From: an uncultured candidatus Porisulfidus sp.
GTDB lineage: Bacteria > Pseudomonadota > Gammaproteobacteria > Poriferisulfidales > Poriferisulfidaceae
NCBI GenBank assembly: GCA_965116025.1
Contig: OZ220480.1
Location: forward strand, 1,056,001 to 1,120,000
Length of the DNA stretch: 64,000 nucleotides
Direction: 5' to 3'
Each line of letters starts with the position of its first letter. Positions within the stretch are counted from its first letter, which is position 1. The translations under genes and the position numbers were made by a program. The notes beneath the pieces were generated by a model. That model ran no database searches. It was not told the origin of the DNA and saw only the letters and a list, made by a program, of their open reading frames with translations. Positions 37,312-47,229 of the stretch are shown one piece after another.

Positions 37312-38691
37312 TCACGTTTTCCCGCGTTGTCGGATGAAATCCAGAAAATACCGGATCCACGGGAATCGATCCGTATGACGAAGATGGCTATAGCTCGCGA
37401 GCAGATTGCCCAGAACCAGTCCGTCCACTCCTTCAGTGGTGCCGCTCCCCCGGCGGACCTTCCATCCCCACGCGATGCCATCGCCCAGATTCTCTAGGCG
37501 CGAATGGTGAAATTCGTGCGCGGGCGCCTGCAGCCCTGATGGGATATTGGGCCACGGGATATCGGCGGTGGCTTCCAGCTCTACCAGTCCCCGTCCCTGC
37601 GGGCGTGAATCCATGACGCAGTCGCCCGGGATGATTCCCGCCATTCTGTGGGTCTGGCCGTCATGGGAGATTCCTCGGGACAGATACATCAGTCCGCCGC
37701 ATTCGGCGTAGACTGGCAGTTCGGCCGCGACGCGCTCGCGCAAGGACTCGAGCATCGACGCGTTGGCCGCTAGGGCCTCGGCCTGGGTTTCTGGAAACCC
37801 GCCGCCAATCCACAGGCCGTCCACCTCGGGGAGGCTGGCGTCGCGCAGCGTGTCGAACGGGACGAGTTCCGCGCCCAGCAGGGCGAATCGCTCCAGATCG
37901 TCCGCGTAATAGAATCCGAACGCGGCGTCTCGAGCGTAGCCGACGCGCAGGTCTGGCGCTGGCGTGGACGCCGAGGGCCGCTTCGCTTTCGCGCCTTCCT
38001 CTGGGTCGCCCGCCAATCTGAGCAATTTCTCGACATCGACGCTCTGGGCGATGACTTGGCCCATTCTCTCGATTCTTTGGTCCGCGTCGGCTTGCTCCGC
38101 GCGAGCGACAAGCCCGAGGTGGCGCTCCGCGAGATGCATGTCCGGGGATCTTCCGATGGCGCCCAGGACCGGCAGGTCGGTATGCTGCTCCAAGGCATGG
38201 ACGAGCTTGGATTCGTGGCGGCTGCCGCCGGTTCGGTTCAGCAGGATGCCGGCCCATGGCAGGTCAGGGTCGAAGCGCTGGTAGCCGAGGACCAATGGCG
38301 CGACGCCGCGGGCCATTCCCTCGCAGTTCAGCGCGAGCGCGACGGGCGCCCGCAGAAGTTTGGCGAGGGCGGCGTTGCTGTCGGACCCATCCTCCGCCAT
38401 GCCGTCGAACAGTCCGTGGTTGCCCTCGATCAGAGCGTAGTCCGCGGTGAAGCGCCGGGCGGCGGTTTCCAGTATCTCCCGGCTCGTTTGCGTGTTGTAG
38501 TCTAGGTTGTAGCAAGGAAGTCGGGCGGCGCGGGATAGCCACATTGGATCAATGTAGTCTGGTCCTTTCTTGAAAGGCTGGACGGTTTCGCCGGCCCGGG
38601 CGAGCTCATGCAGCAGGCCGATGGCGAGACAGGTCTTGCCGCTGGATTTTCGGATCGCTGACAGGTAGATCCGGCGATTCTGGCCGGTCAT
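37312..38691 (-). CDS. dsrN: DsrN siroheme amidase (cobyrinate a,c-diamide synthase-like)
   Basis: SGKT, FKKGPDYIDP, ERHLGL, AECGG, HEFH; last gene of the dsr operon. Confidence 0.9.
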   Translation of the reverse strand: MTGQNRRIYLSAIRKSSGKTCLAIGLLHELARAGETVQPFKKGPDYIDPMWLSRAARLPCYNLDYNTQTSREILETAARRFTADYALIEGNHGLFDGMAEDGSDSNAALAKLLRAPVALALNCEGMARGVAPLVLGYQRFDPDLPWAGILLNRTGGSRHESKLVHALEQHTDLPVLGAIGRSPDMHLAERHLGLVARAEQADADQRIERMGQVIAQSVDVEKLLRLAGDPEEGAKAKRPSASTPAPDLRVGYARDAAFGFYYADDLERFALLGAELVPFDTLRDASLPEVDGLWIGGGFPETQAEALAANASMLESLRERVAAELPVYAECGGLMYLSRGISHDGQTHRMAGIIPGDCVMDSRPQGRGLVELEATADIPWPNIPSGLQAPAHEFHHSRLENLGDGIAWGWKVRRGSGTTEGVDGLVLGNLLASYSHLRHTDRFPWIRYFLDFIRQRGKT

Positions 38692-38754
38692 GGTTCGGCT
38701 TAGCTGGCCGGCTTGGGGTCCGATGGGTTCTTGGGGAGAACGTCCCGCGCGCCG
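38668..38754. repeat. Direct repeat copy 1 (dsrN start plus degenerate dsrP 3' end)
   Basis: Matches 39454-39542; the dsrP part (38700-38754 vs 39488-39542) is 48/55 identical by hand. Confidence 0.85.
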
Positions 38755-38897
38755 GGCCAGGCGAGGCGGGAACGAGCGTCGCGAGGTCGGGATCGCGTTT
38801 TCCTCGCGCAGGGGTTCGCCCGGGGCGTCCCCGGTCGGTCGGATGACGGCGTCTCCCTCGCGTCGCGCGCCTTCCGGCTCGGTTCGTTTTCCGCCAT
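38751..38897 (-). pseudogene. 5' fragment of a tolC paralog
   Basis: MAENEPSRKARDARETPSSDRPGTPRA... aligns with DGENEPSRAARDVRETPSSDQPGTPRA at 26331-26476. Confidence 0.8.
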
Positions 38898-38974
38898 TGC
38901 CGATGGCCCTTTTATGCTCCGCTCAACGTGAAAGGTTCGCGCTCTCGGTCTCCTAGGAGCGCGGCGATACCTTA

Positions 38975-39363
38975 CTAGCAGGCGCTGCCCGCGGCGCTGG
39001 CCGTGATGCCCACGGCGTGGCGGAGGATCTCGCGCCTAGGCCTAGTACGTGCTGAGGCTACCTGTGGCGACCGTGCCGAACGAGCTACCGCCGGAAATCT
39101 GGCTCAACTGCTCGTCCTCCAGATCGCTGTTCGGATCGGGCGGCATGACGAAGTGCACCATTTGATCGGAATCCACAAGAAACCGATAATCGATTCCTTA
39201 CCAAGCGCGTTATTCCGAATTCGTCGAAGACATCGTCGCTGTCGCCACGGTCAATCCGATCACGGAAAGCCGCGTCATTGTGGTAGCGGTCAGACATGGC
39301 GACGATGAGCTTATAGCGTTCGTCGTTCAACGTCATTTCCTGCGTGAATTGATCGTTGTTCAT
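38975..39363 (-). pseudogene. Frameshifted NHLP precursor paralog
   Basis: Near copy of the precursor B leader with a +1 insertion at ~39200; corrected frame reads ...PPDPNSDLEDEQLSQISGG-SSFGTVATGSLSTY*; the tail and downstream hairpin resemble precursor A. Confidence 0.85.
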
Positions 39364-39453
39364 CAGCTGCTCCATGGTGGCTATGGGCTAGCATGGTATC
39401 ACTTCTTTCATGCGCCCGCAAGGAAGGATTCGGACTCGATCTCCGAGCTGATC

Positions 39454-39542
39454 GATTCTGGCGATTCGGGCCAGCCATGGCTCAGGCCTAGCCGGCCGGC
39501 TTGGGGTCCGACAGGTCCTCGGGGAGAACGTCCAGCGCGCCG
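39454..39542. repeat. Direct repeat copy 2 (dsrP 3' end plus degenerate dsrN start)
   Basis: Contains ATGGCTGGCCCGAATCGC, mirroring the dsrN start ATGACCGGCCAGAATCGC. Confidence 0.85.
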
Positions 39543-40687
39543 AGTCCGGCGACGGTGATGATCAAGGCGATTCCGATCCCGGTGACGCCGAGCAGGAACT
39601 CCCAGACGCTTGGAGCGTAGGACGCGACCACGCCGTCAAAGAACGAGCTGCTCTCTTCCATGCCGGGAAACAGGACCAGGGGATAGGCTTGTCCGCCGAT
39701 GATGATGACGTATAGCTGGATCAAGCCGCCGGTGACGACGAGGCCGGCTCCGACCAGCGCGCTGACGCGGCATCGTCGGGTCTTTGGGGAGTAGAACAGG
39801 GCGAGCGGCGCGATGGAGCCGAGGCCGATCTGGCCGATCCAGAAGAGTTTCGAGTACAGGCTCTCGAAGTTCAGGATGAACGCCTCGAAGCCATGGTGCT
39901 CGGTGGCGTAGAGATTGGTCAGATGGTAGGCCAGAACGAAATACAACACCGCGGAGACGAACAGGGCGAGCAGGTTCTTCAGGCGGAACAGCAGAGAGTC
40001 GCCAAGGGTCCGTCCCGAGCCGCGACAGACCGCGGCCAGGACCAGCAAGAACGTGGCGGCGCCGAACGAGAACGACATGATGATGAACAAGGGGGCCATG
40101 ATAGCCGCGTCGTATCCTTGGCGGGCGACCAGAAAGCCGAAGATGGCCCCGGTGCCGGTAGTCAGGATGAGGCGCCACAGCAAGGCGAGCGTGCCGGCGG
40201 CCCGGGTCCAGCGGGAGAGAGCGGGCTGGAACAGCACGGACAGGTAGAGGGCGATCACGGCGAGCAAGCCGGTGTACAGGAAGATGTTCCAGGCGAAAAT
40301 CGACTTGAAGTTGTAGTAGGTCATGGCCACGATCAGCCGATCCGGGCGGCCGAGATCCAGCACCAGAATGGCGAGGCCACCGATCAGCAGTCCCGCGGCC
40401 AGGAGCCCGGACAGGCGGGCCAGCGGCTTGTAGGCCGGCTGGCCGAACACGGAGGCGATGGAGGCGACGTTCAGCGCGCCGGAGGCGGCGACGATCAGGA
40501 ACACGGCGAAGACGTGCGGGATTCCCCATACGACCTGATTGTTCATGCCGGTGATCCAGTGGCCTTCGCGCTCCAGATGGAGGAATCCGGCCAGTCCGGC
40601 CAGAACGGTCGCGGCCAGGATCGCGAGCAGACCCCAGTAGCCGCGGTCGGCGTTCAGCGCGGCGTAGCGGGTGGTGGCCAAGCTCAT
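39488..40687 (-). CDS. dsrP: DsrP (NrfD-type membrane subunit)
   Basis: TGMNNQVVWG, LDLGRPDR, multiple TM helices; start MSLATT at 40687. Confidence 0.93.
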   Translation of the reverse strand: MSLATTRYAALNADRGYWGLLAILAATVLAGLAGFLHLEREGHWITGMNNQVVWGIPHVFAVFLIVAASGALNVASIASVFGQPAYKPLARLSGLLAAGLLIGGLAILVLDLGRPDRLIVAMTYYNFKSIFAWNIFLYTGLLAVIALYLSVLFQPALSRWTRAAGTLALLWRLILTTGTGAIFGFLVARQGYDAAIMAPLFIIMSFSFGAATFLLVLAAVCRGSGRTLGDSLLFRLKNLLALFVSAVLYFVLAYHLTNLYATEHHGFEAFILNFESLYSKLFWIGQIGLGSIAPLALFYSPKTRRCRVSALVGAGLVVTGGLIQLYVIIIGGQAYPLVLFPGMEESSSFFDGVVASYAPSVWEFLLGVTGIGIALIITVAGLGALDVLPEDLSDPKPAG

Positions 40688-41406
40688 AGATTCTGGTAGC
40701 GCACGCCGGTGTTGAGCCCGAGGTCGGCCCGAATCTGGGTCGCGCCGAACTGACGGATTCGTTTCGAGATCTCGCTGTCCGGATCGTTCAGGTCGCCGAA
40801 CAGGATGGCTTGGTGTCCGTCCTTGTGGCAGGCTTCCGCGCAAGCGGTCGTGTTCTCTCCGGCATCGACCTTATGCGCGCACATGGTGCAGCTCTCGACG
40901 CAACCTTTGCCGCGCGGCGCGTGGGGCAGCTGCTCGGTCAGGTTCTCATGGATGAACGAGCGCGCCTTGTAGGGGCAGGCCATCATGCAGTAGCGACAGC
41001 CTATGCATGTGTGCTTGTCGACCAGAACGATTCCGTCCTCACGCCGGAATGAGGCGCCCGTCGGGCAGACGTCGACGCAGGGGGGGCGCTCGCAGTGCTG
41101 GCACATCATGGGCAGCGACACGGTCCTTCCGCTGAGCGGGTCGCGCGCGGAAAGCTTGCGGATCCATTGCGCGTCGGTTTCGGGGCGGCCTAGATCCTGC
41201 AGGTTGTGCTCCGTGTCGCAGGCGTCCACGCAGGCGTCGCAGTCTTCTTGGCACAGACGGGCGTCCACCAGCAGTCCCCAGCGGACGGCGTCGGTCACCG
41301 GGGTCGCTGGATTCTTGGCGTATAGGAACACGCCGGGCGCGAGGGTCAAAGCTCCGGCCGCGCCGGCCCCGCGCAGAAATTCGCGGCGGGTCAGATCCGG
41401 GATCAT
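40684..41406 (-). CDS. dsrO: DsrO iron-sulfur subunit
   Basis: Tat signal TRREFL, CQHCERPPCVDVCP, CIGCRYCMMACP, CTMC. Confidence 0.94.
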   Translation of the reverse strand: MIPDLTRREFLRGAGAAGALTLAPGVFLYAKNPATPVTDAVRWGLLVDARLCQEDCDACVDACDTEHNLQDLGRPETDAQWIRKLSARDPLSGRTVSLPMMCQHCERPPCVDVCPTGASFRREDGIVLVDKHTCIGCRYCMMACPYKARSFIHENLTEQLPHAPRGKGCVESCTMCAHKVDAGENTTACAEACHKDGHQAILFGDLNDPDSEISKRIRQFGATQIRADLGLNTGVRYQNL

Positions 41407-41831
41407 TTATCGGGTCGCTCCCGGACCATGTCGTCCGGGCGTAGCCGGGAATGACGGGGAATCGCGCCATAGGCGTCCCGCGGGCGGTCGGCGTGGCATT
41501 CGAAGCAGTCGATTCGCACGCTGGCGAAGACGTGGCAGCTAGAGCAGAAATGGCTCGAATCGGAGGCCCGAGGGTATTCCCCTCGCTCGTTCGGCAAAAC
41601 GTGGCACTCCAGGCAGTTCTTCAGGGAATGGCGAATGGTGCGGACGCCCTTATGCACGGTCTCGTCGCGGTGATGCAGGAGAAACTCCCAGTGCCGCTCG
41701 CGCATCACCTGGGTGGGCTCCACGCATCGCTCGCCCTTGGCCTTCGGAAGCGACGGCCCCAGCCCCTCGGCCGAAGCGCTCCATGGCATCGTCAGCATGA
41801 TGGCCGACAGCATGAGAGGGATAGCCCGCAT
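41403..41831 (-). CDS. dsrJ: DsrJ triheme cytochrome c
   Basis: Signal peptide; CLECH, CSSCH, CFECH. Confidence 0.93.
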   Translation of the reverse strand: MRAIPLMLSAIMLTMPWSASAEGLGPSLPKAKGERCVEPTQVMRERHWEFLLHHRDETVHKGVRTIRHSLKNCLECHVLPNERGEYPRASDSSHFCSSCHVFASVRIDCFECHADRPRDAYGAIPRHSRLRPDDMVRERPDK

Positions 41832-41852
41832 GACGCGCCGACCCCTTCGGAA

Positions 41853-43811
41853 TCAATGATCCCCCAGCGCCATGTCGATGTAGCCGGTGGGGCAGACGTC
41901 GGCGCAGATATGGCACCCGATGCACCGATCATAGTCGGTATCGACATAGCGCCCGGTGGTGCGCGCGTCCTTCTTGACCCGGAACACGGCGTCCTGCGGG
42001 CAGAACACGACGCAGTTGTCGCACTCGAAGCACATGCCGCAGCTCATGCAGCGGCCGGCCTCGGCGACGGCTTGCTCCTCGCTCAGCCCCACGACGCGCT
42101 CCTCGAAGTGTCCCAGCACCGCCTCGCTGTCCGGCCCGGACTCGCCGCGCAGGACGCGGGCCTGATAGGGGAAGTGCGCGAGGAACAGCTTCTCGTGGGT
42201 GATGATCTCTTGGCTGGAGCGGTCCTCGTAGTTGTGGACCGAGAAATCGCTGTCGCAGGTTCCCCGGATCTCGCCGACCTCGTAGGGCTTTGGGTCGAGT
42301 CCCGCCTCGCTCAGTTTCGCCAGCAGGTCGAAGTGGTGCACGTCCACTTTCGGGCGCTTGCGCAGTTCCGAGTTTTTCAGGTACTGGTCGATTCCCTCGG
42401 CGGCGATGGACGCTTGCCCGATCGCGGTCGTGAGCAAGTGCGGACGAATGATGTCGCCCGCCACGAAGTGTCCGGGCCGGCCCTCGACCTCGAAGAACTT
42501 GCTGGCGCCGATCAGGCCACGGCCGGCGTCGAGCTCCTCCAGGCCGCCGCTCAGGTCGCCGCCCTGTCCGATCGCGGACACGATCAGGTCGGCCTCGACC
42601 TCGAATTCCGTGCCGTCCACGGGGGTGGGGCGGCCTTCCTCCATGACGCATTCCGCCATTTTCAGAGCGCGGGCGCGGCCCGCGTCATTAAGCAGCACCT
42701 CGACCGGCATGACGCCGTCGCGGATATCGACCCCCTCGCGCAAGGCGTCGTGCACCTCGTGCTCGGCGGCGGTCATCTCTTCTTTGGGGAACAGGGAGGT
42801 CAGCGTCACCTTCGCGCCTTCGCGGGCGGCGGCCATCGCGGCGTCGTGCGCCACGTAGCCACCGACGACGTGCTCGGGGCGCAGGGTCTCGTCCATGCTC
42901 GGGATCTTGCCAAGCCGCCGCGCGACGGAGACCACGTCGATGGACGTGTCGCCGCCGCCTACGCAGATCACCCGGTCGGCGGTCACCTGGAGGTGGCCCT
43001 TATTGAAAGCCTCGAGGAAGGCTACGCCGGAGACGCAGTTCGGCGCGTCGCTGTTGGGGACCGGCAGCTTGCGACCGGTTTGGCAGCCGACCGCCCAGAG
43101 TATGGCGTCGAATTCCTCTTCCAGCTCCTTGATGGTGACGTCGCTCCCGACCTTGGTGTTGTTGCGCACCTCGATGTCGCCCATCTCCAGGATTCGCTCG
43201 ATCTCGCGGTCCAGGTAGGCGCGTGGCGTGCGGTAGCCGGGGATTCCGTAGCGCATCATGCCGCCGAGCTCTTCCTGGCTTTCGAAGAGGACGCTCGCAT
43301 GTCCACGGCGGCGCAGTTGGTAGGCGCCCGCCAGTCCCGCGGGGCCGCCGCCGATGATGGCGACCCGCTTGCCGCTGGTCCGTTCCGAGCGCTCGAACCG
43401 GAAGCCTTCGTCGTAGGCGATGTCGCCGATGTATTGCTCGACCGCGTTGATGCCGACGAAGTCCTCGACATGGTTGCGGTTGCAACCGTCCTGGCACGGG
43501 GCCGGACACACCCGGCCCATCATGGACGGGAACGGGTTGGCGTCGGTCGAGCGGCGGAACGCGTATTCCTGCATGCTCATGCCTTCCGGCGGAGTCTCGA
43601 TGCCGCGCACGATGTCCAGCCAGCCGCGGATGTCCTCGCCGGACGGGCAGCTACCTTGGCAGGGCGGGGTGCGATGCACGTAGGTCGGGCATTTGTGCGA
43701 ATGATCCGCCTCGAAGATCTGGTCTCCGGGCCGACCCCACTGGTGGTCGTCGTCCTGGAAGCGGCGGAAGGTGAGTTTCCGCTCTATCGGGGATTCGTTC
43801 GGGGTGCTCAT
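41853..43811 (-). CDS. dsrL: DsrL iron-sulfur flavoprotein (no YRR motif, DsrL-1-like)
   Basis: PPCQGSCP, GRVCPAPC, GGGPAG, GGGDT, C-terminal ferredoxin domain. Confidence 0.95.
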   Translation of the reverse strand: MSTPNESPIERKLTFRRFQDDDHQWGRPGDQIFEADHSHKCPTYVHRTPPCQGSCPSGEDIRGWLDIVRGIETPPEGMSMQEYAFRRSTDANPFPSMMGRVCPAPCQDGCNRNHVEDFVGINAVEQYIGDIAYDEGFRFERSERTSGKRVAIIGGGPAGLAGAYQLRRRGHASVLFESQEELGGMMRYGIPGYRTPRAYLDREIERILEMGDIEVRNNTKVGSDVTIKELEEEFDAILWAVGCQTGRKLPVPNSDAPNCVSGVAFLEAFNKGHLQVTADRVICVGGGDTSIDVVSVARRLGKIPSMDETLRPEHVVGGYVAHDAAMAAAREGAKVTLTSLFPKEEMTAAEHEVHDALREGVDIRDGVMPVEVLLNDAGRARALKMAECVMEEGRPTPVDGTEFEVEADLIVSAIGQGGDLSGGLEELDAGRGLIGASKFFEVEGRPGHFVAGDIIRPHLLTTAIGQASIAAEGIDQYLKNSELRKRPKVDVHHFDLLAKLSEAGLDPKPYEVGEIRGTCDSDFSVHNYEDRSSQEIITHEKLFLAHFPYQARVLRGESGPDSEAVLGHFEERVVGLSEEQAVAEAGRCMSCGMCFECDNCVVFCPQDAVFRVKKDARTTGRYVDTDYDRCIGCHICADVCPTGYIDMALGDH

Positions 43812-43832
43812 TGGGTTCTCCTAGGAGTGGTT

Positions 43833-45365
43833 TCAGGCGGCCTCGCTCAGTTCCGCCTCTTTCTCTTGCTCGCTTCCGGCGAGGATGATCGCGTTGCTCA
43901 CCAGCTGGTGAACGCTGACGATCTGGTCCATGCGGAATCCGTAGTAGGTCAGGACCTTGGCGAACTGGCTTTTGCAGATCGCGCAGATGGCGGCCATGTG
44001 GGTGACGCCATGGTCCTCCACGACTCGCTTGAGCGCCTCCATGCGAGGCAGCGCCCCCTTGACGCGCAGCTCGATCAGGTCGTCGGTCAGCAGCCCGCCG
44101 CCGCCGCCGCAACAGAACGTCGCCTCGCGCACGGTGTCGGCCGGCATGTCGTGGAAATGGTCGCAACTGGCCCGAATGATGGCGCGCGGGATCTCGAACT
44201 GCCCGCCGGGCGCGTCGCCCATGCGCGAGGCGCGGGCCACGTTGCAGGAATCGTGGTAGGTCAGCACCATGTCGTCGTTGCGCGACTTGTCCAGCCGGAG
44301 CTTTCCCTCCTGGATCAGGCCGTGGGTGACCTCGCAGATATGCTGGGGAACGGGGTAGTTCGGATCCAGGAAGTCGAAAGGACCCGCCAGCGTGTTGAGA
44401 AAGCTGTAGGCGACGCGCCAGGCGTGGCCGCACTCGCCGAACACGATGCGCTTCACGCCAAGCTTCAGCGCGGCCTCTCGCACGCGCAGCGCGACCTTGC
44501 GCATGTTCTCGTAGCTGCCGATGAACATCCCGAAGTTCGCCGCCTCGGAGGCATGCGAGCTCAGGGTCCAGGATAGCCCCGCCTCATGCAGGACCTTGGC
44601 GTACCCGATCAGGCCGTCGACGTGGGGCTCGGCGAAAAAGTCGGCGGACGGGGTGACCAGCAGGATGTCCGCGCCTTTCTGGTCCAGCGGAAACTTGACC
44701 GAGACTCCGGTATCCTCCTCGACCTCTTCCTCCAGGCTTTCCAGGGTGTCCAGAAGGGCGGGCTGCGGCAGGCCCAGGTTGTTGCCGATGGTGTGCACCT
44801 TGCCGATGATCTCGTTGCAGTATTTCTGCCCTTTCCCGATCGAGTCCATGACCTCGCGCGCCGCCATCGAGATTTCCGCGGTGTCGATGCCATACGGGCA
44901 GTAGACCGAGCATCGACGGCATTGCGAGCACTGGTGAAAGTACTTGTACCAGTCGTCGAGCACTTCTTCGGTCAGGTCCTCGGCGCCAACCAGCCATGGG
45001 AGATACTTTCCGGCGAACGTGTAATGGCGCCGGTAGACCTTGCGGAACAGGTCCTGACGGGCGACCGGCATGTTCTTGGGATCGGTGGTGCCGAGGTAGT
45101 AGTGACACTTGTCGGTGCAGGCGCCGCATTTGACGCAGGAATCGAGGAAAACCCGCAGCGAGCGGTAGCGGTCCGTCAGCTCGCCCATCTTCTTGATCGC
45201 CACGTCATGCCAGTCGTCCACCAACTCGCCTGGAAAGCCCAGCGGCTCTTGGAAGTCCGGCTTGGCGACGAACGGTTGGCTGTGCGCCATCGCGTCCTCG
45301 ACCAGTTTCGGGATGACCGGATACGGCTTCAGATCCGGGATATCGAACGCGGGTCGCTCAGCCAT
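43833..45365 (-). CDS. dsrK: DsrK
   Basis: CVKCGACTDKC, CSQCRRCSVYCP, CCGGGGG. Confidence 0.95.
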   Translation of the reverse strand: MAERPAFDIPDLKPYPVIPKLVEDAMAHSQPFVAKPDFQEPLGFPGELVDDWHDVAIKKMGELTDRYRSLRVFLDSCVKCGACTDKCHYYLGTTDPKNMPVARQDLFRKVYRRHYTFAGKYLPWLVGAEDLTEEVLDDWYKYFHQCSQCRRCSVYCPYGIDTAEISMAAREVMDSIGKGQKYCNEIIGKVHTIGNNLGLPQPALLDTLESLEEEVEEDTGVSVKFPLDQKGADILLVTPSADFFAEPHVDGLIGYAKVLHEAGLSWTLSSHASEAANFGMFIGSYENMRKVALRVREAALKLGVKRIVFGECGHAWRVAYSFLNTLAGPFDFLDPNYPVPQHICEVTHGLIQEGKLRLDKSRNDDMVLTYHDSCNVARASRMGDAPGGQFEIPRAIIRASCDHFHDMPADTVREATFCCGGGGGLLTDDLIELRVKGALPRMEALKRVVEDHGVTHMAAICAICKSQFAKVLTYYGFRMDQIVSVHQLVSNAIILAGSEQEKEAELSEAA

Positions 45366-46095
45366 TGCCTTTCTCGAGTTTCAAAGCCCAGGCGGAGACG
45401 TGGCGGCGCTCCCTCGGGTCGTCGGCCTGGTTGCGCGTGGGGCTGAAGAGCACGCCCGGGGCGTGCAGCAGCTTGCTGAACGGAAACACTAGCATCAACA
45501 GCGCGACGAGCGCCAGATGGAGGTACAGCAACGGATCGGGCGGCAACGGCTGCGGGTCGAACAGCATCAGTCCCAAGAAGAACGCCTTGACCGCCACCAC
45601 GTCGGTTCCGATGGCGAAGCTCATGGCGATTCCGGTGATGCCGATGGCGATCAGCAAGGCCAGCATGAGGTGGTCGGACGGCGCGGAGATGTAGCGCACC
45701 CGATCCACCGCCACGCGTCGCGCCCAGAGGCCGAGAAGCCCGGCCACCATCATCAGGGAAGCGTATTTTCCGTACGGTTGCAGAAACGCCACCCAGCCCC
45801 AGACGGGATCGGTGAAGTAGCGCAGGTGGCGCAGCAGCACCAGCAGCAGGCCGAAGTGGAACATCCAGCCGAACAGCCAGGTCCACTTGCTCGATTTGAA
45901 CAGGCTCTCGAAAAGGGTCAGCTCCCGGATCATGCGCAGGACGACGCCGGATCGACTAGTCGGGGCGGGCGTGGTCGGGATCTTGAGCGGGGCCGGGACT
46001 CTGGCGTACCGGAGGACGCGCAGGGCGATTCCGAGCGTCAGCACCAAGGTGGCGCCGTAATAGAGGAAGGCCAGAATCAGGCTCGAGGCGTCCAT
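45358..46095 (-). CDS. dsrM: DsrM membrane cytochrome b
   Basis: WMFHFG, RHLRYF, PFSKLLH; NarI-like. Confidence 0.94.
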   Translation of the reverse strand: MDASSLILAFLYYGATLVLTLGIALRVLRYARVPAPLKIPTTPAPTSRSGVVLRMIRELTLFESLFKSSKWTWLFGWMFHFGLLLVLLRHLRYFTDPVWGWVAFLQPYGKYASLMMVAGLLGLWARRVAVDRVRYISAPSDHLMLALLIAIGITGIAMSFAIGTDVVAVKAFFLGLMLFDPQPLPPDPLLYLHLALVALLMLVFPFSKLLHAPGVLFSPTRNQADDPRERRHVSAWALKLEKGNG

Positions 46096-46132
46096 GTCGG
46101 CATGCGCGGTCGCCGCGCGGCGACCGCTCGAA

Positions 46133-46465
46133 TTAAACGCAGCCGGTCGGTTTCGGCAGTCCCGCGTATTTGCAGGCTTGCTTGGCCGGGCCGTAGGGGA
46201 ACAGCTCGTACAGGTATTTGCTATTGCCCTTGTCCTTGCCCAGCTTCTTGCCGATCGCCTTGGTCAGGACGCGAACCGCCGGAGCGATCTGGTACTCCTC
46301 GTAGTACTCGCGAAGAAAGTTGATGACCTCCCAGTGGTTATCGTCCAAAGACGTGCCGTCCACCTCGGCCATGGCGTCCGCGAGGGCGGGCTCCCATTCG
46401 CTGATATTGGCCAGATAGCCTTCTTCGTCGGTCTCGTAGCTTTTGCCGTTGACTTCAAGGGGCAT
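46133..46465 (-). CDS. dsrC: DsrC
   Basis: C-terminal CKYAGLPKPTGCV (CX10C). Confidence 0.97.
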   Translation of the reverse strand: MPLEVNGKSYETDEEGYLANISEWEPALADAMAEVDGTSLDDNHWEVINFLREYYEEYQIAPAVRVLTKAIGKKLGKDKGNSKYLYELFPYGPAKQACKYAGLPKPTGCV

Positions 46466-46499
46466 GGTTGTGACTCCTGTCTCGTTGAGACGGTTTGGT

Positions 46500-46808
46500 T
46501 TATAGCCAGGATTGGACGCTGTCGCGCTCGCGCGCGAGCTCCACGAAACGGTCGTAGCCGACGATCTCGATCCCGTCGATGACGCGGTCTCTGGGCAACC
46601 CGCGCGCGTCCAGGTCGGGACCCAGAACGTACATGGACAGTCGCTTCGCCGAATTCTTGAGGGTCTCGGCGCATTCGGTCCCGTCCAGAGCCGCGACCAC
46701 GGCGTCCTCGATCAGCAGGACCGCGTGGCCGTCCTTGGCCAGCCGCAGGCAGGAGCGCAGGGAGTCGCGCTCGAACGGAGACTTGTTGACGGTGTGCAGC
46801 AGGCTCAT
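46500..46808 (-). CDS. dsrH: DsrH
   Basis: MSLLHTVNKSPF, LLIEDAV, DLDARG, QSWL. Confidence 0.95.
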   Translation of the reverse strand: MSLLHTVNKSPFERDSLRSCLRLAKDGHAVLLIEDAVVAALDGTECAETLKNSAKRLSMYVLGPDLDARGLPRDRVIDGIEIVGYDRFVELARERDSVQSWL

Positions 46809-46810
46809 GG

Positions 46811-47227
46811 TCAGAAGCTCAGAATCACGTCCTGCTCGTCCATCAGCGCGGCCAGCTCTTCGCTGCCCACGACCCGAAGAGACTCCTTTTCCGCCCAATC
46901 GTCGTCCTCGTCCTCATAGGTGAGCGGCATCAGGTCCTCGACGCTCAGCCCGCGCGCCTCCAGCGATTCGCGTTCCACGTAGATGTGGCGGACGTCGTAG
47001 TCTCCGAGCGCCGCGTAGGTGGGCGAGAAGTTCTTCATGCCGATGCCGTCGGTATTCTGGTTCCGGGTCAGCTGGTACACGCCGTCGTCGAGGAAGGCCA
47101 GGCTGACCTGCTGGTCGAACGCCGCCCCGATCAGGACCACCTCCAGCGATTCCAGCGCGTAGACGGTGCCGTACGGAGCCTTTCGGTTGACGTACATGAG
47201 TTTCTTCACGACGCTTTCCTCGCTCAC
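46811..47227 (-). CDS. dsrF: DsrF
   Basis: KKLMYVNRKAPYGTVYALESLE, DDGVYQL; GTG start. Confidence 0.95.
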   Translation of the reverse strand: MSEESVVKKLMYVNRKAPYGTVYALESLEVVLIGAAFDQQVSLAFLDDGVYQLTRNQNTDGIGMKNFSPTYAALGDYDVRHIYVERESLEARGLSVEDLMPLTYEDEDDDWAEKESLRVVGSEELAALMDEQDVILSF

Positions 47228-47229
47228 TT

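Noticed and set aside
37312-38691. Cobalamin biosynthesis gene cbiA/cobB
   Set aside because: Its position at the end of the dsr operon and the lack of other cob genes favour dsrN
38700-38897. Novel 65-aa protein
   Set aside because: It is a chance fusion of a tolC 5' fragment with the duplicated dsrP 3' end
41451-44576. 1041-aa plus-strand ORF and similar long antisense ORFs (4482-6224, 52673-54202, 26059-27501)
   Set aside because: Shadow frames of well-supported genes in GC-rich DNA, with no motifs of their own
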